Of a DNA stretch of 64,000 bases, positions 51,468 through 61,637 are shown one piece after another. Positions within the stretch are counted from its first letter, which is position 1, and every line of letters begins with the position of its first letter. The notes under the pieces were generated by a model that saw only the letters and a program-made list of their open reading frames with translations, did no database searches and was not told where the DNA came from. Source of the stretch: Terriglobia bacterium (GTDB taxonomy: Bacteria; Acidobacteriota; Terriglobia; 20CM-2-55-15); the NCBI GenBank assembly GCA_965218585.1, contig CBDCLE010000004.1:1-64000 (forward strand). Reading direction: 5' to 3'. Position numbers and translations under genes: made by a program.

Positions 51468-52520
51468 ATGACACCTGAGGGATCCAACTACAACGTGCTC
51501 ATCGCGAGCTACCTGGAACCGGAGCATGTGGAGCGCATCCGCAGCGTGGACCCGCGGCTCAACGTGATGTACGAACCCGAGCTGTTGCGACCACCTCGCT
51601 ACGCCGCCGACCACAAGGGGCGGGACGTCTCGCGATCGCCAGAGCAAGAGGCCCGCTGGCAACAACTACTCGGCGAGGCCGACATCCTATTTGACTTCGA
51701 TCAGACTCACCGTGAAGATCTCTCAGAACTAACTCCCCGAGTGCAATGGCTGCAGGCAACGAGTGCTGGTATAGGGCAATTCGTAAGAGAAATGGGTTAC
51801 GACGCGCGCATGCCCAATACCGTATTCACGACGGCTCGAGGCGTACATGCCAAACCGCTTGCCGAGTTTTGCCTTTTGACGATGCTGATGTTCAACAAGG
51901 ATCTCCCACGCATGCAGCGGGACCAGAAACGCAAGCATTGGCAACGATACGCCGGTACCGATTTGGATGGCCGCACGTTGGTGATCGTCGGCGTTGGGGC
52001 GGTCGGACGGGAGGTGGCACGCGTGGGTCGCGCGTTGGGGATGAACGTAATAGGAATCAAACGCCACCCAGAGGGGTTGGATCCGGCTTCGCTCAACCTG
52101 GACGAACTGCGGGGACCCGCGGATTTGCATTTCTTATTAAGGAAAGCGGAATATTTGGTCTTGGCGACGCCCCATACGCCCGAAACCGCCCGGATGATCG
52201 GAGCAACAGAGTTGGCGCTACTACCAAGAGGCGCCGTTCTCGTCAACATCGGCCGCGGCGCCCTTGCGGACGAGGCGGCGTTGATCGAAGCCCTGCGTTC
52301 GGGACACTTGCGAGCGGCGGGCCTCGACGTTTTCGCCCAGGAGCCGCTTCCCCAAGACAGTCCGCTGTGGGAGATGTCGAATGTGCTCGTTAGCCCACAT
52401 TCCGGCAGCACCAGTGATCGGGAGAACGAACGCGTGACCGATCTGTTTTGTGAGAACCTCGGTCGTTTCCTGGCCGACGAGCCGATGATCAACGTGCTCG
52501 ACATGGACCGGCTCTATTAG
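51468..52520 (+). CDS. D-2-hydroxyacid dehydrogenase
   Basis: GVGAVG, PHTPET, NIGRG, LDVF..EPL, SPH. Confidence 0.93.
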   Translation: MTPEGSNYNVLIASYLEPEHVERIRSVDPRLNVMYEPELLRPPRYAADHKGRDVSRSPEQEARWQQLLGEADILFDFDQTHREDLSELTPRVQWLQATSAGIGQFVREMGYDARMPNTVFTTARGVHAKPLAEFCLLTMLMFNKDLPRMQRDQKRKHWQRYAGTDLDGRTLVIVGVGAVGREVARVGRALGMNVIGIKRHPEGLDPASLNLDELRGPADLHFLLRKAEYLVLATPHTPETARMIGATELALLPRGAVLVNIGRGALADEAALIEALRSGHLRAAGLDVFAQEPLPQDSPLWEMSNVLVSPHSGSTSDRENERVTDLFCENLGRFLADEPMINVLDMDRLY

Positions 52521-52562
52521 GAGCCTTCAGCTATCAGTTGAGGAGCCTTCAGCTATCAGCTG
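52519..52562. repeat. 22-bp tandem duplication
   Basis: AGGAGCCTTCAGCTATCAG(T/C)TG twice between convergent genes. Confidence 0.8.
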
Positions 52563-52573
52563 ACACGCCCACC

Positions 52574-53725
52574 CTATCCACCGAGCAGCCCGCGCATCAA
52601 CGCGGCAACGGCAAACCCGGAGTAGTTTCCCACCGCATAGCCGAATATGCCAACCGCGACGCCAGGGAGTAGGGCATCCGAGTAACCACGGGCACTCGAC
52701 AATGCCATCGCAGAAGCCGCTCCCCCGATGGCGGCCTGTGAGGCCACGGCCAGGGTTCCGACGTCGAGACGTACCAACCGTCCGAGACCAAAGATGACGA
52801 CACCGTGGATGGCTACCGTGGTGATCGCGTAGTAGAAGACCGGGGGTCCGACCGCAACGAGCGTGGCTATGACCGAACGAGCGCCGTTACTCGCGAGAAA
52901 CAGCAGCACCAGATAATTCCCAAACACGGCGCTCCCCGTGAGCGCCTTGATCGCCGGGATCTGGGCCACGATCAACACGATCGTCGTGAGCCACAGCACC
53001 TCGGGAAGAATCGGGACGAGGGAAGCCAACTGGTCCGCGACCCACACCCCGCCCAACGCGATGGTCACCAGGGCAGCCGCGTCACTGAGTTGGACAGCGC
53101 GAATGCTGCTGTGGAGCGTCCGCTCGAGTGTGAACCCCCGAGTGGGTGCCGACGCCGGTGAGACGGGATCCTCCCGATCCGATGCTCGTCCCCGCCCGAG
53201 AAGGACCGGAACCGCGAGACACGCGGCCATCCAGGCAGCAGTCACGATGACGTCAGCGGCGGTGGCAGCCGCGAACAGATCGCTGCTTGTGCCTAGTTCC
53301 CTCCCGATCGCAGCGAAGTTCACGCCTCCCCCGGTGTACGTGCCGGTAAACTGGCCAGCCAGCTTCCAGGTCTCCGGCCCGACCAAGCCGGACAGCAGTA
53401 AACCGCCGGTGATCGCCCCGGCGGCCGTCCCAAACGCACCGATGCCAAACGCCGCCAACATGCGCGGCCCCGCTTGGACAATCGAGCGCAGGTCGACGCT
53501 CAGGAGGATGAGCGCGATCCCCACGTTGACTCCGGTACCCATGAGGAACTGATATGCGGGAGAGGTCCCTGGCAGTACGCCGATGTTCGACAGCACCAGC
53601 CCGAGAAGAATGCCCACCAGCGCCGCTCCGAGAGATCGGAACACGGCCACATGATTTTCGAGCCATATCGCGATGTAGACGACCGCCGCAAGCACGAGAA
53701 AGACGGCGAACGGATCTGATATCAT
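52574..53725 (-). CDS. DUF819 family membrane protein
   Basis: GTYTGGGVNF.A and VASQA.IGG..SA motifs; multi-TM. Confidence 0.88.
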   Translation of the reverse strand: MISDPFAVFLVLAAVVYIAIWLENHVAVFRSLGAALVGILLGLVLSNIGVLPGTSPAYQFLMGTGVNVGIALILLSVDLRSIVQAGPRMLAAFGIGAFGTAAGAITGGLLLSGLVGPETWKLAGQFTGTYTGGGVNFAAIGRELGTSSDLFAAATAADVIVTAAWMAACLAVPVLLGRGRASDREDPVSPASAPTRGFTLERTLHSSIRAVQLSDAAALVTIALGGVWVADQLASLVPILPEVLWLTTIVLIVAQIPAIKALTGSAVFGNYLVLLFLASNGARSVIATLVAVGPPVFYYAITTVAIHGVVIFGLGRLVRLDVGTLAVASQAAIGGAASAMALSSARGYSDALLPGVAVGIFGYAVGNYSGFAVAALMRGLLGG

Positions 53726-54211
53726 CTTTTCGGCCCTTTACTCAGCGCGTATCGAGTCGTGACGCGCGTCGTTGGGTTTGCCTCACGCACTCATGTTGTG
53801 AACGACCATTCCGCGACGTGCCAAACCCCTCGGATTCCGGGGCCGTCTTGAGACACCCCAGCGCATCCGATCACGCCAACCGTCACGCCGATCTTCGATT
53901 CTCGCATGATTCAGTTCGCGAGTGGCCCGGAAGAAATTGAACGGGCCGATTATAGACCCCCATCCCGAACGACCCGCGCCCCCAGGCACTTGTACGGTTT
54001 TGCGGTAACGACCAGGTGACCACTTCATTGACCTCGAGTCCCTTCCCTCGTAGTATTCAGCGAGATTGTGGTCTTGCCGAGAAAAACAGTTATGTCTTGC
54101 GGACGATGATGGCGCTTTCTCACCTGGCGAAGGTCGCCGACAATCGCCCCGGGCCGGGGATGCCGTCGTGACCAGCGAGCCAACGTCGTGTCCGCGACAC
54201 CCGCAGGATCG

Positions 54212-55720
54212 ATGAGTACCCTTTCCCGAGGCCTGCATGCCGCCTTCCACGAGCCGCACACGCGCGTCTACCGCGTGGTTCAGGGAACCGTATGGGCCCT
54301 GATCCTTCTGTCCATCACATTCCTCGTGGTCGAGGCTCTGCTGCCGGAAGACAGTCCTTTGATGCCACTCCTTCGCTACGTGGACCTCACGGTGCTGGCG
54401 ATCTTCGCCGTCGAGGTTGTCTTGCGGGTGGGCAGCTTCAAGCCCCCCTCGCTGAGAGTGTTCCGGCGCCCACCGATCGGACGCATCCGTACCCACCTGT
54501 TCTCCCGCCTGGCGTTCGCGGTGCATCCGCTGATCCTCGTCGACATCCTGGCGGTCCTGGCCCTCTTTCCTGAGCTTCGCGGGCTTCGTGCACTGCGACT
54601 CTTGCGCCTGCTACGCACCTCGCGGGTCTTTCAATATCGCAATCCCTTCGCCATTGTGTTGCGAACCCTGGAGGAAAACGGGTTGCTCTTCGCGTTCGCG
54701 TTTAGCGTTCTCGTTGTGACCACGATGCTCGGAGGCGTCAGCGTGTATCTGGTCGAGGGCCGGCTCAATCCGGAGATCAACAGCGTGCTCGACGGTGTAT
54801 GGTGGTCACTCGTTACGATCACCACCGTTGGTTTCGGAGACATCACACCGGTGACGCTGCTCGGACGCATCGTCGGCGCTGTGATGATGATCGCGGGAAT
54901 GTTCACGTTGGCCTTGTTCGCCGGCATCGTCGGGTCTAGCCTGGTTGCCGGCATGCTTAGCATCCGGGAGGAACAGTTTCGTATGAGCGGCTACGTCAAC
55001 CACGTTGTCCTGTGCGGATACGACCAGAGCACCCAGATGCTCCTGGAGGCCCTCACCCAGGAGCTCGATCTGACCCAAACCCGAGTGGTGATCTTCGACG
55101 ACCACGAGCGTCCGCGGGATCTGCCCCCAGATTTCCTGTGGGTCCAGGGCGATCCGACAAAGGAGAGCGAACTGGACAAAGTCCGCTTGACTCACGCGTC
55201 CGCAGTGATCGTTTCGGGAGCACGCGACACCAGTCCGCAGATCGCAGACGCGCGGACGATCCTCACGGTGTTCACGATCCGCTCGTTCCTCGAAAGGCAA
55301 GAAGCATCGATGCGGCACCGCCGTTTCCCGCTCTATGTCGTGGCGGAGATCCTCGATTCCGAGAACGTCGACCACGCGAAGACAGCGGGAGCGGACGAGG
55401 TAATCGAAACGCGGAGAATCGGCTCTTCCATGATCGCCCGCGCCGTCGGCTACCATGGAACGGCGACCACAATGAGCCGGGTTCTGGTCTCGGGCTTCCA
55501 CAACGTCTACATCGGGCAGATCCCCGACGCACCCGAGGACCCAGTCGTGTTCGGCGAATTGCTGGTTCGCATGCGGCTATCCGAACGCGGTGGGCTGATC
55601 ATCGGCCTCCGCACGCCGGCCGGTCAGGAAATCCTTAATCCGCCCAAGACCCACATGGTGGAGCCAGGAACACTCCTGATCTATCTCGCGGAGGAGCCGC
55701 TACTCGAGGCTCCCCGTTGA
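54212..55720 (+). CDS. 6-TM potassium channel with RCK/TrkA-N domain
   Basis: S4 RGLRALRLLRLLR; TTVGFGD filter; NHVVLCGY and GDPT..L RCK motifs. Confidence 0.92.
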   Translation: MSTLSRGLHAAFHEPHTRVYRVVQGTVWALILLSITFLVVEALLPEDSPLMPLLRYVDLTVLAIFAVEVVLRVGSFKPPSLRVFRRPPIGRIRTHLFSRLAFAVHPLILVDILAVLALFPELRGLRALRLLRLLRTSRVFQYRNPFAIVLRTLEENGLLFAFAFSVLVVTTMLGGVSVYLVEGRLNPEINSVLDGVWWSLVTITTVGFGDITPVTLLGRIVGAVMMIAGMFTLALFAGIVGSSLVAGMLSIREEQFRMSGYVNHVVLCGYDQSTQMLLEALTQELDLTQTRVVIFDDHERPRDLPPDFLWVQGDPTKESELDKVRLTHASAVIVSGARDTSPQIADARTILTVFTIRSFLERQEASMRHRRFPLYVVAEILDSENVDHAKTAGADEVIETRRIGSSMIARAVGYHGTATTMSRVLVSGFHNVYIGQIPDAPEDPVVFGELLVRMRLSERGGLIIGLRTPAGQEILNPPKTHMVEPGTLLIYLAEEPLLEAPR

Positions 55721-55744
55721 GTATCGCCGTCTTGATAGACAGCC

Positions 55745-56536
55745 TTGAAGAACTGAAGGAACGACCGGTGCCGGTTCCGGTAACGACCGGTTGCCCGTTT
55801 TTGGGCCTTTTTTCAGTAGTTGCTCGAGCCGGGAAACTGAACCATGTGTTTTCCCGTTGGACGCGCGGTAGTATCCTGACCATTGACCAGCGATCGGATG
55901 TGCGGATCATGGCCAAAGTTCAAGGACGGGCTCAAACGCGGGATCGGAGACGATCTCACAATCAACCAATTGACCGATCTTTGGAGAGGAAGCAGATGAG
56001 AACACAAAAACGATATCTGGCATCAGCAACAATTTTAGGTATTTTTCTTGGCGTAGGAAGTGCCTTTGCTCACGTGACAATTTCCCCCACGGAATCCTCC
56101 ACGGGCACCACTGAAACCTACACGATGAACGTTCCTACCGAACGGGACACCGCCACAGTCCGGATCGAAGCCACGTTTCCGATGGGCATGACGGTCTCCG
56201 ACTTCGAATCCAAAACCGGTTGGGCGGTCGAACCAGAAATAAACGCTGAGGGCCACGTTGTAAGTGCGGTCTGGAGCGGTGGATCAATCCCTCCGGGTCA
56301 GGCTGAACAATTCAGCTTCACTGCACGAAACCCTGGAGCAGCAACCACTCTCATGTGGCAGGTCGTTCAAATTCATGCGGATGGAAGCATTGGGGAATGG
56401 GGTCGAACGGGCAACATAGCTGTGGTGGTCAGTAGCGATTAGCGTTTGCTGAAAGATCTCACAAGAGAAAATCTCAATTTCTATTATCGATTCCCTGTGG
56501 TTTGAAGAACTGAAAGAACGGGTACCAGTTCCGTAA
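55745..56536 (+). repeat. Degenerate direct repeats (55745-55783 and 56498-56536) encoding (W)FEELKERVPVP*, flanking the ycnI-like gene
   Basis: TTGAAGAACTGAA(G/A)GAACG...GGT.CC.GTTCCG..TAA in both copies. Confidence 0.7.
55996..56442 (+). CDS. YcnI/DUF1775 copper-binding protein
   Basis: Signal peptide ending AFA-HVT; VPTER, GW, W.GG.I, NP, W motifs. Confidence 0.85.
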   Translation: MRTQKRYLASATILGIFLGVGSAFAHVTISPTESSTGTTETYTMNVPTERDTATVRIEATFPMGMTVSDFESKTGWAVEPEINAEGHVVSAVWSGGSIPPGQAEQFSFTARNPGAATTLMWQVVQIHADGSIGEWGRTGNIAVVVSSD

Positions 56537-56630
56537 TCGACCATGAAAAGGGTCTCAAGTCATGAAAGTCGACAAATGACGGGAGCCCACCTAGGCGTGT
56601 CGCAGTTCCGAGAAACAGGAGACCGAATCG

Positions 56631-59009
56631 TTGGATAAGCTGCGTAACTACGTGCTACCAATGGGCCTGGCGAGTGGCTTGGTTCTACTGCTGGTGGCTG
56701 GGTTTGCGTCAGTAACCGCCATGATGCGGATTTCACAAGCCAATCTCTCAGTAGAAGACCGATTCGAAGTCCTGTCACAGCTGGATACAATCGGCAACCG
56801 GGTCGATCAGGTCATCGACAGGGTTCGTATCTTCGTCCTGACCGGCACAGAGGAGTTCATCGAACCACTCGATGGCCTGTACAGAGAGATCGACAACGAT
56901 CTCGAAGACCTCGAACCACTCGTCGGGAATAGTCCTGCCCAGATTCAAAGACTCCAGGAACTCAGGCCCATGGTCGAGGATCGGCTCTCCATAGGCCAAG
57001 AGCACGTCGCCATTCGCCGGGAAAACAGTCTCGAACAGACTCTGGAACTCATTCCCGAAGCAGATGGACGCCTGGCGGAAATTCGCGCCTTGATAGCTGA
57101 CATGATAGACGCTGAAATCGGATTACTGGTCCAGGAACAGGCCGAGATACAGGAAACCAACGTCGTCGCATTGGGGACTATCGGGTTAGCAGGACTGTCG
57201 GGCCTGATCGTCCTGGGTCTGACCTTCATCGCCCTAAAAAGACAGACCTCTGAACGAACACGAGTCGAAAGCTCGCTTCAGAAGAGCGAGCTTCAGTTTA
57301 GTGCTCTTCTTGAATCTGCAACCGATGGAGTGGTGGTATGCGACAAGATTGGCAAGATACTTGTCGTCAACGCCGTAACAGAGCAACTGTTTGGATACGG
57401 GCGCGAGGAGCTGATCGGTGCATCGGTAGAAATGCTAGTTCCACGAGCGGAAAGGGACCAGCACCTGAAGGACCGAACCGCTTATCAGTCTGCACCGATC
57501 TCCCGCATGATGGCCGAGCGCACAGAGCTATCAGCGCAAAGGAAAGACGGCACTATTTTCCAGGTCGAGATCAGCTTGAGCCCAGCCACCATCGGAGACC
57601 AGTCGCTGGTCATGGGTTTGGTTCGTGACGTGACCGAGATCCGGGCCGCGCTGAGTTCCCGTCTGCGCTTGGCTGCGATGGTGGACGCATCGGCCGACGC
57701 TATCGTTGGCATGACACTGGACGGTACGATCGAAAGCTGGAACGAGGGCGCAGAACGACTGTATGGCTATTCTGAGCAGGAAGCCATAGGAATGCCGTTG
57801 AGTAGATTGGCACCGCCGGACCGTGCTCATGAGCAAACCAAAATAAGAGATGAGATCGCCCGAGGCAAACCGGCACACTTGCCTGACACCGTTCGAGTGA
57901 AAAAGAACGGCGACCGTGTTTCCGTCTCTATTAGCGGATACCCGATCAGAGATCGCCACGGAAGTGTAATCGCGTGGGCGGGGGTTGTTCGAGATCTCAC
58001 CGAACAAAAAAGGATGGAAGAGCAGTTCCAAGAGGCCCAGAGAATGCAGGCGTTCGGACAGTTAGCCGGTGGCGTGGCACACGATTTCAACAACATCATG
58101 ACGGTAATCGCAGGATACTCGTCGATCGCTAAGGAAGCATTGCCACACGGTTCTCCCGTAAGACAGCAACTTGGTGCAGTAGAACGAGCGGTGGGCCGCG
58201 GGACGGCACTCACGAGGCAGTTATTGGCTTTCAGTCGCAAACAGCGTGTAGAAGCCCGCGTGCTGGACTTGAAAGTGTTGTTGAGCGAACTTCTATGGGT
58301 GCTGGGCCGAACAATGGGTGAGGACGTAACTCTTAGCTCGAACCTCAGATCGTCATGGAATGTGAAGGCAGATCCAGCCCAGCTAGAACAGGTGCTCTTA
58401 AATCTCTCGAACAACGCCCGCGATGCTATGCCCAACGGCGGCAAACTCTCGATCGAAACGTCGGATGCCGCTCATGAAGGTGACCAAACGTTTAGCGAAG
58501 CAAACGACAAGAGTTATTTCCCGGAAAGCATTCCTTCTGGATCGTATGTGCGATTGAAAGTAACTGACAATGGGGTGGGGATGGATCAGGACACTCTCCG
58601 CCATATCTTCGAGCCTTTCTACACGACTAAAGAACGAGGTAAAGGGACCGGGCTCGGGTTGCCAGCGGTCTATGGAATTGTTGCGCAAGCTGGGGGCTTC
58701 CTGGGTGTAGAGAGTGAAGTAGGTCAAGGCAGTAGCTTTTACTTGTATTTGCCAAAAGCTGAAGGAGTCGTCGAACAAGTGGAGGCCGTCGATACAGAAG
58801 TGCCAAGCTTGTGGGAACGGTCTTCACCGGTGATATGTGCCATGACACATTTTACCAACCGCCATGGGGACCCCGAAGCCAGTTCACCGACTCCCGCCCG
58901 ACTGTCGCCGACTTTTCACACAGTCTGGACCGTGAAGATGATTCCGAACGCCCGATCCCAATGTTTCTCAGGACGTGAGAATTTTATAGCACCTAACTCC
59001 CTCTCCTAG
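56631..59009 (+). CDS. CHASE3-PAS-PAS histidine kinase; C-terminal receiver apparently lost
   Basis: Two TMs; RKDG PAS motifs; GVAHDFNN, NL..NARDAM, DNG.GM, GTGLGL; tail after about 58810 is not receiver-like. Confidence 0.9.
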   Translation: MDKLRNYVLPMGLASGLVLLLVAGFASVTAMMRISQANLSVEDRFEVLSQLDTIGNRVDQVIDRVRIFVLTGTEEFIEPLDGLYREIDNDLEDLEPLVGNSPAQIQRLQELRPMVEDRLSIGQEHVAIRRENSLEQTLELIPEADGRLAEIRALIADMIDAEIGLLVQEQAEIQETNVVALGTIGLAGLSGLIVLGLTFIALKRQTSERTRVESSLQKSELQFSALLESATDGVVVCDKIGKILVVNAVTEQLFGYGREELIGASVEMLVPRAERDQHLKDRTAYQSAPISRMMAERTELSAQRKDGTIFQVEISLSPATIGDQSLVMGLVRDVTEIRAALSSRLRLAAMVDASADAIVGMTLDGTIESWNEGAERLYGYSEQEAIGMPLSRLAPPDRAHEQTKIRDEIARGKPAHLPDTVRVKKNGDRVSVSISGYPIRDRHGSVIAWAGVVRDLTEQKRMEEQFQEAQRMQAFGQLAGGVAHDFNNIMTVIAGYSSIAKEALPHGSPVRQQLGAVERAVGRGTALTRQLLAFSRKQRVEARVLDLKVLLSELLWVLGRTMGEDVTLSSNLRSSWNVKADPAQLEQVLLNLSNNARDAMPNGGKLSIETSDAAHEGDQTFSEANDKSYFPESIPSGSYVRLKVTDNGVGMDQDTLRHIFEPFYTTKERGKGTGLGLPAVYGIVAQAGGFLGVESEVGQGSSFYLYLPKAEGVVEQVEAVDTEVPSLWERSSPVICAMTHFTNRHGDPEASSPTPARLSPTFHTVWTVKMIPNARSQCFSGRENFIAPNSLS

Positions 59010-59200
59010 TATTCTTTACCGAGTTTGCTCGGTTATTTCAGCGACACACTTTAACCATGGAATTCGGTCGCTGGCAGATCCTGTCACCATTGGCCAAGAG
59101 TGGACTGGCGGGTGCGGTATTCACGTCGTACGAGCTGAAGTTTCGGTGTTGCTTCGGGCGCGACGGCGTTTGAGGTATTGAAAATCAGAAGAGGGCGGCT

Positions 59201-60223
59201 ATGTGGCATACGAAGTTCGTGAGTTGGATGTGGGCGGTCGCTTTTGTCGCGTCCGCGCAATGGGGATTTGGGCAGATCAACGAAGAGGTCAATGCCGGAG
59301 CCGATCCTTATTCTCTGACTGAAAGCTTCTTCAAGCTTCCGGAGGGCCTTACGATTGGCTCCACGGTTGGGATGGCTCTTGATAGGGACGGTAGCAGCGT
59401 CTGGATGTTCGATCGATGTGGCCAGAGTGACTGTGTCGGCTCAGACCTGGACCCTATTCTGAAGTTTGATGCCTCGGGAACCCTGGTTAAGAGTTTTGGA
59501 GCGGGCATGATCGTGAGTCCTCACGGTATCAACATCGACGTCGACGGCAACGTCTGGGTGACCGACTATCAAGGGCCGGACGGCGTTGACCCCGGGCGGG
59601 ACGGTAAGGGCCACCAGGTATTCAAGTTCAGTCCGGATGGCGAACTCCTGATGACGCTCGGCAAGGCCGGTGTTGCGGGAAATGGCCCGGACGAGTTCAA
59701 TCAGCCGTCCGATGTGTTGGTCGCTCCCAACGGGGACATCTTCGTTGGGGACGGCCACGGCGGGGAATCCGCTCGTATAGTGAAGTTCTCGAAGAGCGGC
59801 GAGTTTATCAAGACCTGGGGAACTAAGGGCACAGCTCCCCGCGAGTTCGAGACGCCGCACGCGCTGGCCATGGATTCGCGCGGTAGACTGTTCGTTGGCG
59901 ACCGTCGGAACGATCGGGTCCAGATCTTCGATCAGGACGGTACCTTTCTTGAAGAATGGGCACAGTTCGGCCGGCCGAGCGGCATGTACATCGACAGGAA
60001 CGATATCCTCTACGTTGCCGATTCCGTTTCAGACAACCCGGGGGAGGATTCCCCCTGGAAGGAAGGTATCCGAATCGGTAGTGTGGCCGACGGTGAGGTC
60101 ACCACGTTCATAGACGAGCCCGAGCCTGATGGATCGCAGGAAGGCATCGTCGTGGACCACGACGGCAACATCTATACATCGCTCGGTGGCGGGATGGTCT
60201 TGAGGAAATACGTCAAGAAATAG
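59201..60223 (+). CDS. Secreted NHL-repeat protein (PAL-like)
   Basis: PHGI..D.DGNVWVTD, FNQPSDV, F.TPH.LA.D, DR.N.RVQIFD. Confidence 0.9.
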   Translation: MWHTKFVSWMWAVAFVASAQWGFGQINEEVNAGADPYSLTESFFKLPEGLTIGSTVGMALDRDGSSVWMFDRCGQSDCVGSDLDPILKFDASGTLVKSFGAGMIVSPHGINIDVDGNVWVTDYQGPDGVDPGRDGKGHQVFKFSPDGELLMTLGKAGVAGNGPDEFNQPSDVLVAPNGDIFVGDGHGGESARIVKFSKSGEFIKTWGTKGTAPREFETPHALAMDSRGRLFVGDRRNDRVQIFDQDGTFLEEWAQFGRPSGMYIDRNDILYVADSVSDNPGEDSPWKEGIRIGSVADGEVTTFIDEPEPDGSQEGIVVDHDGNIYTSLGGGMVLRKYVKK

Positions 60224-60415
60224 GCAAGCTGAAGCCACTCCCGACGGATCCCGTTTCGGGCGTAAAGTGATGGGCAACAAGACCGATCCACGCCTGATCG
60301 ATTGTGGAAGCGACTGTCTGCCTGGCACCCCTAATCTGACAACACGCTCAATCGCGTCTTTTGATTGTTACAGTTGAGCCCTCGCGTCATACTGGCCCCA
60401 ACTAGGAGAACACCA

Positions 60416-60760
60416 ATGAAGCGTTTCATACTAGCTCTGCTCGTCTCGGGAGCGGCGATTCTCGCTGTTCAGGCAGCAGGCCAAGAAGCCAACGCAACAG
60501 AGCAGGAGATGCACCTGGAGATGAACATGCCGCAGGGTGGGAGTGTCCAGTTATCTGCTTTGAACATGACGAGGGATGAGTCGTCTTCGATAATCCGTCT
60601 GAGGGGGGAAGCAGAGATCAAGATTCGTGCAGTCCCCTTGCAGTTTCCAGTTCCGTATTTCACTGTGTTACGCGCCGACGAAGTATATTTTCATCTCGAC
60701 ACCGGCGAAATCGTCGAAGCTCGTGGCGACATTCGTGTGGCAATCGAGGAAGGTCGGTAG
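60416..60760 (+). CDS. Small secreted OstA/LptA-like beta protein
   Basis: Signal peptide; LRG.AEI, LRADEV.F..DTG..EARGDIRV; AGGAG RBS. Confidence 0.6.
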   Translation: MKRFILALLVSGAAILAVQAAGQEANATEQEMHLEMNMPQGGSVQLSALNMTRDESSSIIRLRGEAEIKIRAVPLQFPVPYFTVLRADEVYFHLDTGEIVEARGDIRVAIEEGR

Positions 60761-60844
60761 TCCTCTAAACCGAGGACCTGCCTATCGGAGACGGACCCTG
60801 TCTCAAGGTAAGATAAATCCTCTTCTCGGACGAGAAAGGAATCC

Positions 60845-61546
60845 GTGACAACTCCAGGCGCGATCACGTTCGACTGGTACGGTACATTGGCGGATCATCG
60901 GATTGGCATAGGCCGTGGACGCCAGTTTCGTGACTATCTGGCTTTACAAGGACTCGGCGGGGACGGGTGGGATCGGCGTGTTCTCTACGAGGTGTTCGAC
61001 TACTATGCCAGTGTCTACCGACCCGAACTGTCCGATTCCGAGAAGCGGTCCTTCTGGTCCGAGTTCACGCGGTTGCTCTTCGAAAGGGCCAGAGTCAACT
61101 GCTCGCCAGACGAGATTGGCGCTCATGCCGATGCGATCTCGGAAATTTTCGGATCAAGTTGTTTCCATCTGTTTGAAGACGTAAAGGAGACTCTTTCATA
61201 TCTTAAATCGAGGGGCTTGCGGTTGGGTCTTATTTCTAATTGGCAACGCGGTCTGAACTACTTCTGTGAAGAATTGGGCATCGCTTCGTCCTTCGATGTG
61301 ATCCTCTCATCTGCGGAAGTGGGATACAAAAAGCCAGACCCACGAATCTTCAGAGATGCCTTAGCGCGGCTCGGCACCTCACCCGGTCAGACTCTGCATG
61401 TTGGCGACTCGATCGATAATGATTTCAGAGGAGCGCAGGCAGCTGGCTTGGATGCACTATTGATCGACAGACGTAGTGTGCACGGAGGATTCCGAGACGC
61501 CAAGGTGTCCGACCTGAATGAACTGAAACACATATTGCACAATTAG
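60845..61546 (+). CDS. HAD-superfamily hydrolase (subfamily IA)
   Basis: FDWYGTL, ISN, KPDPRIF, HVGDS..ND..GA. Confidence 0.9.
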   Translation: MTTPGAITFDWYGTLADHRIGIGRGRQFRDYLALQGLGGDGWDRRVLYEVFDYYASVYRPELSDSEKRSFWSEFTRLLFERARVNCSPDEIGAHADAISEIFGSSCFHLFEDVKETLSYLKSRGLRLGLISNWQRGLNYFCEELGIASSFDVILSSAEVGYKKPDPRIFRDALARLGTSPGQTLHVGDSIDNDFRGAQAAGLDALLIDRRSVHGGFRDAKVSDLNELKHILHN

Positions 61547-61637
61547 GGGCCGGATTGCTCCGATCCCTGAAACGCTCGCCTTATTTGGTTGTCTCTGGGT
61601 ACTTGGCTTTCGACGTGGGCTGCAGTGGTGAGGCACG

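Noticed and set aside
54025-54211. c-di-AMP riboswitch before the K+ channel
   Set aside because: A promoter-like TTGACC-N17-TAGTAT is present, but I could not match the ydaO consensus.
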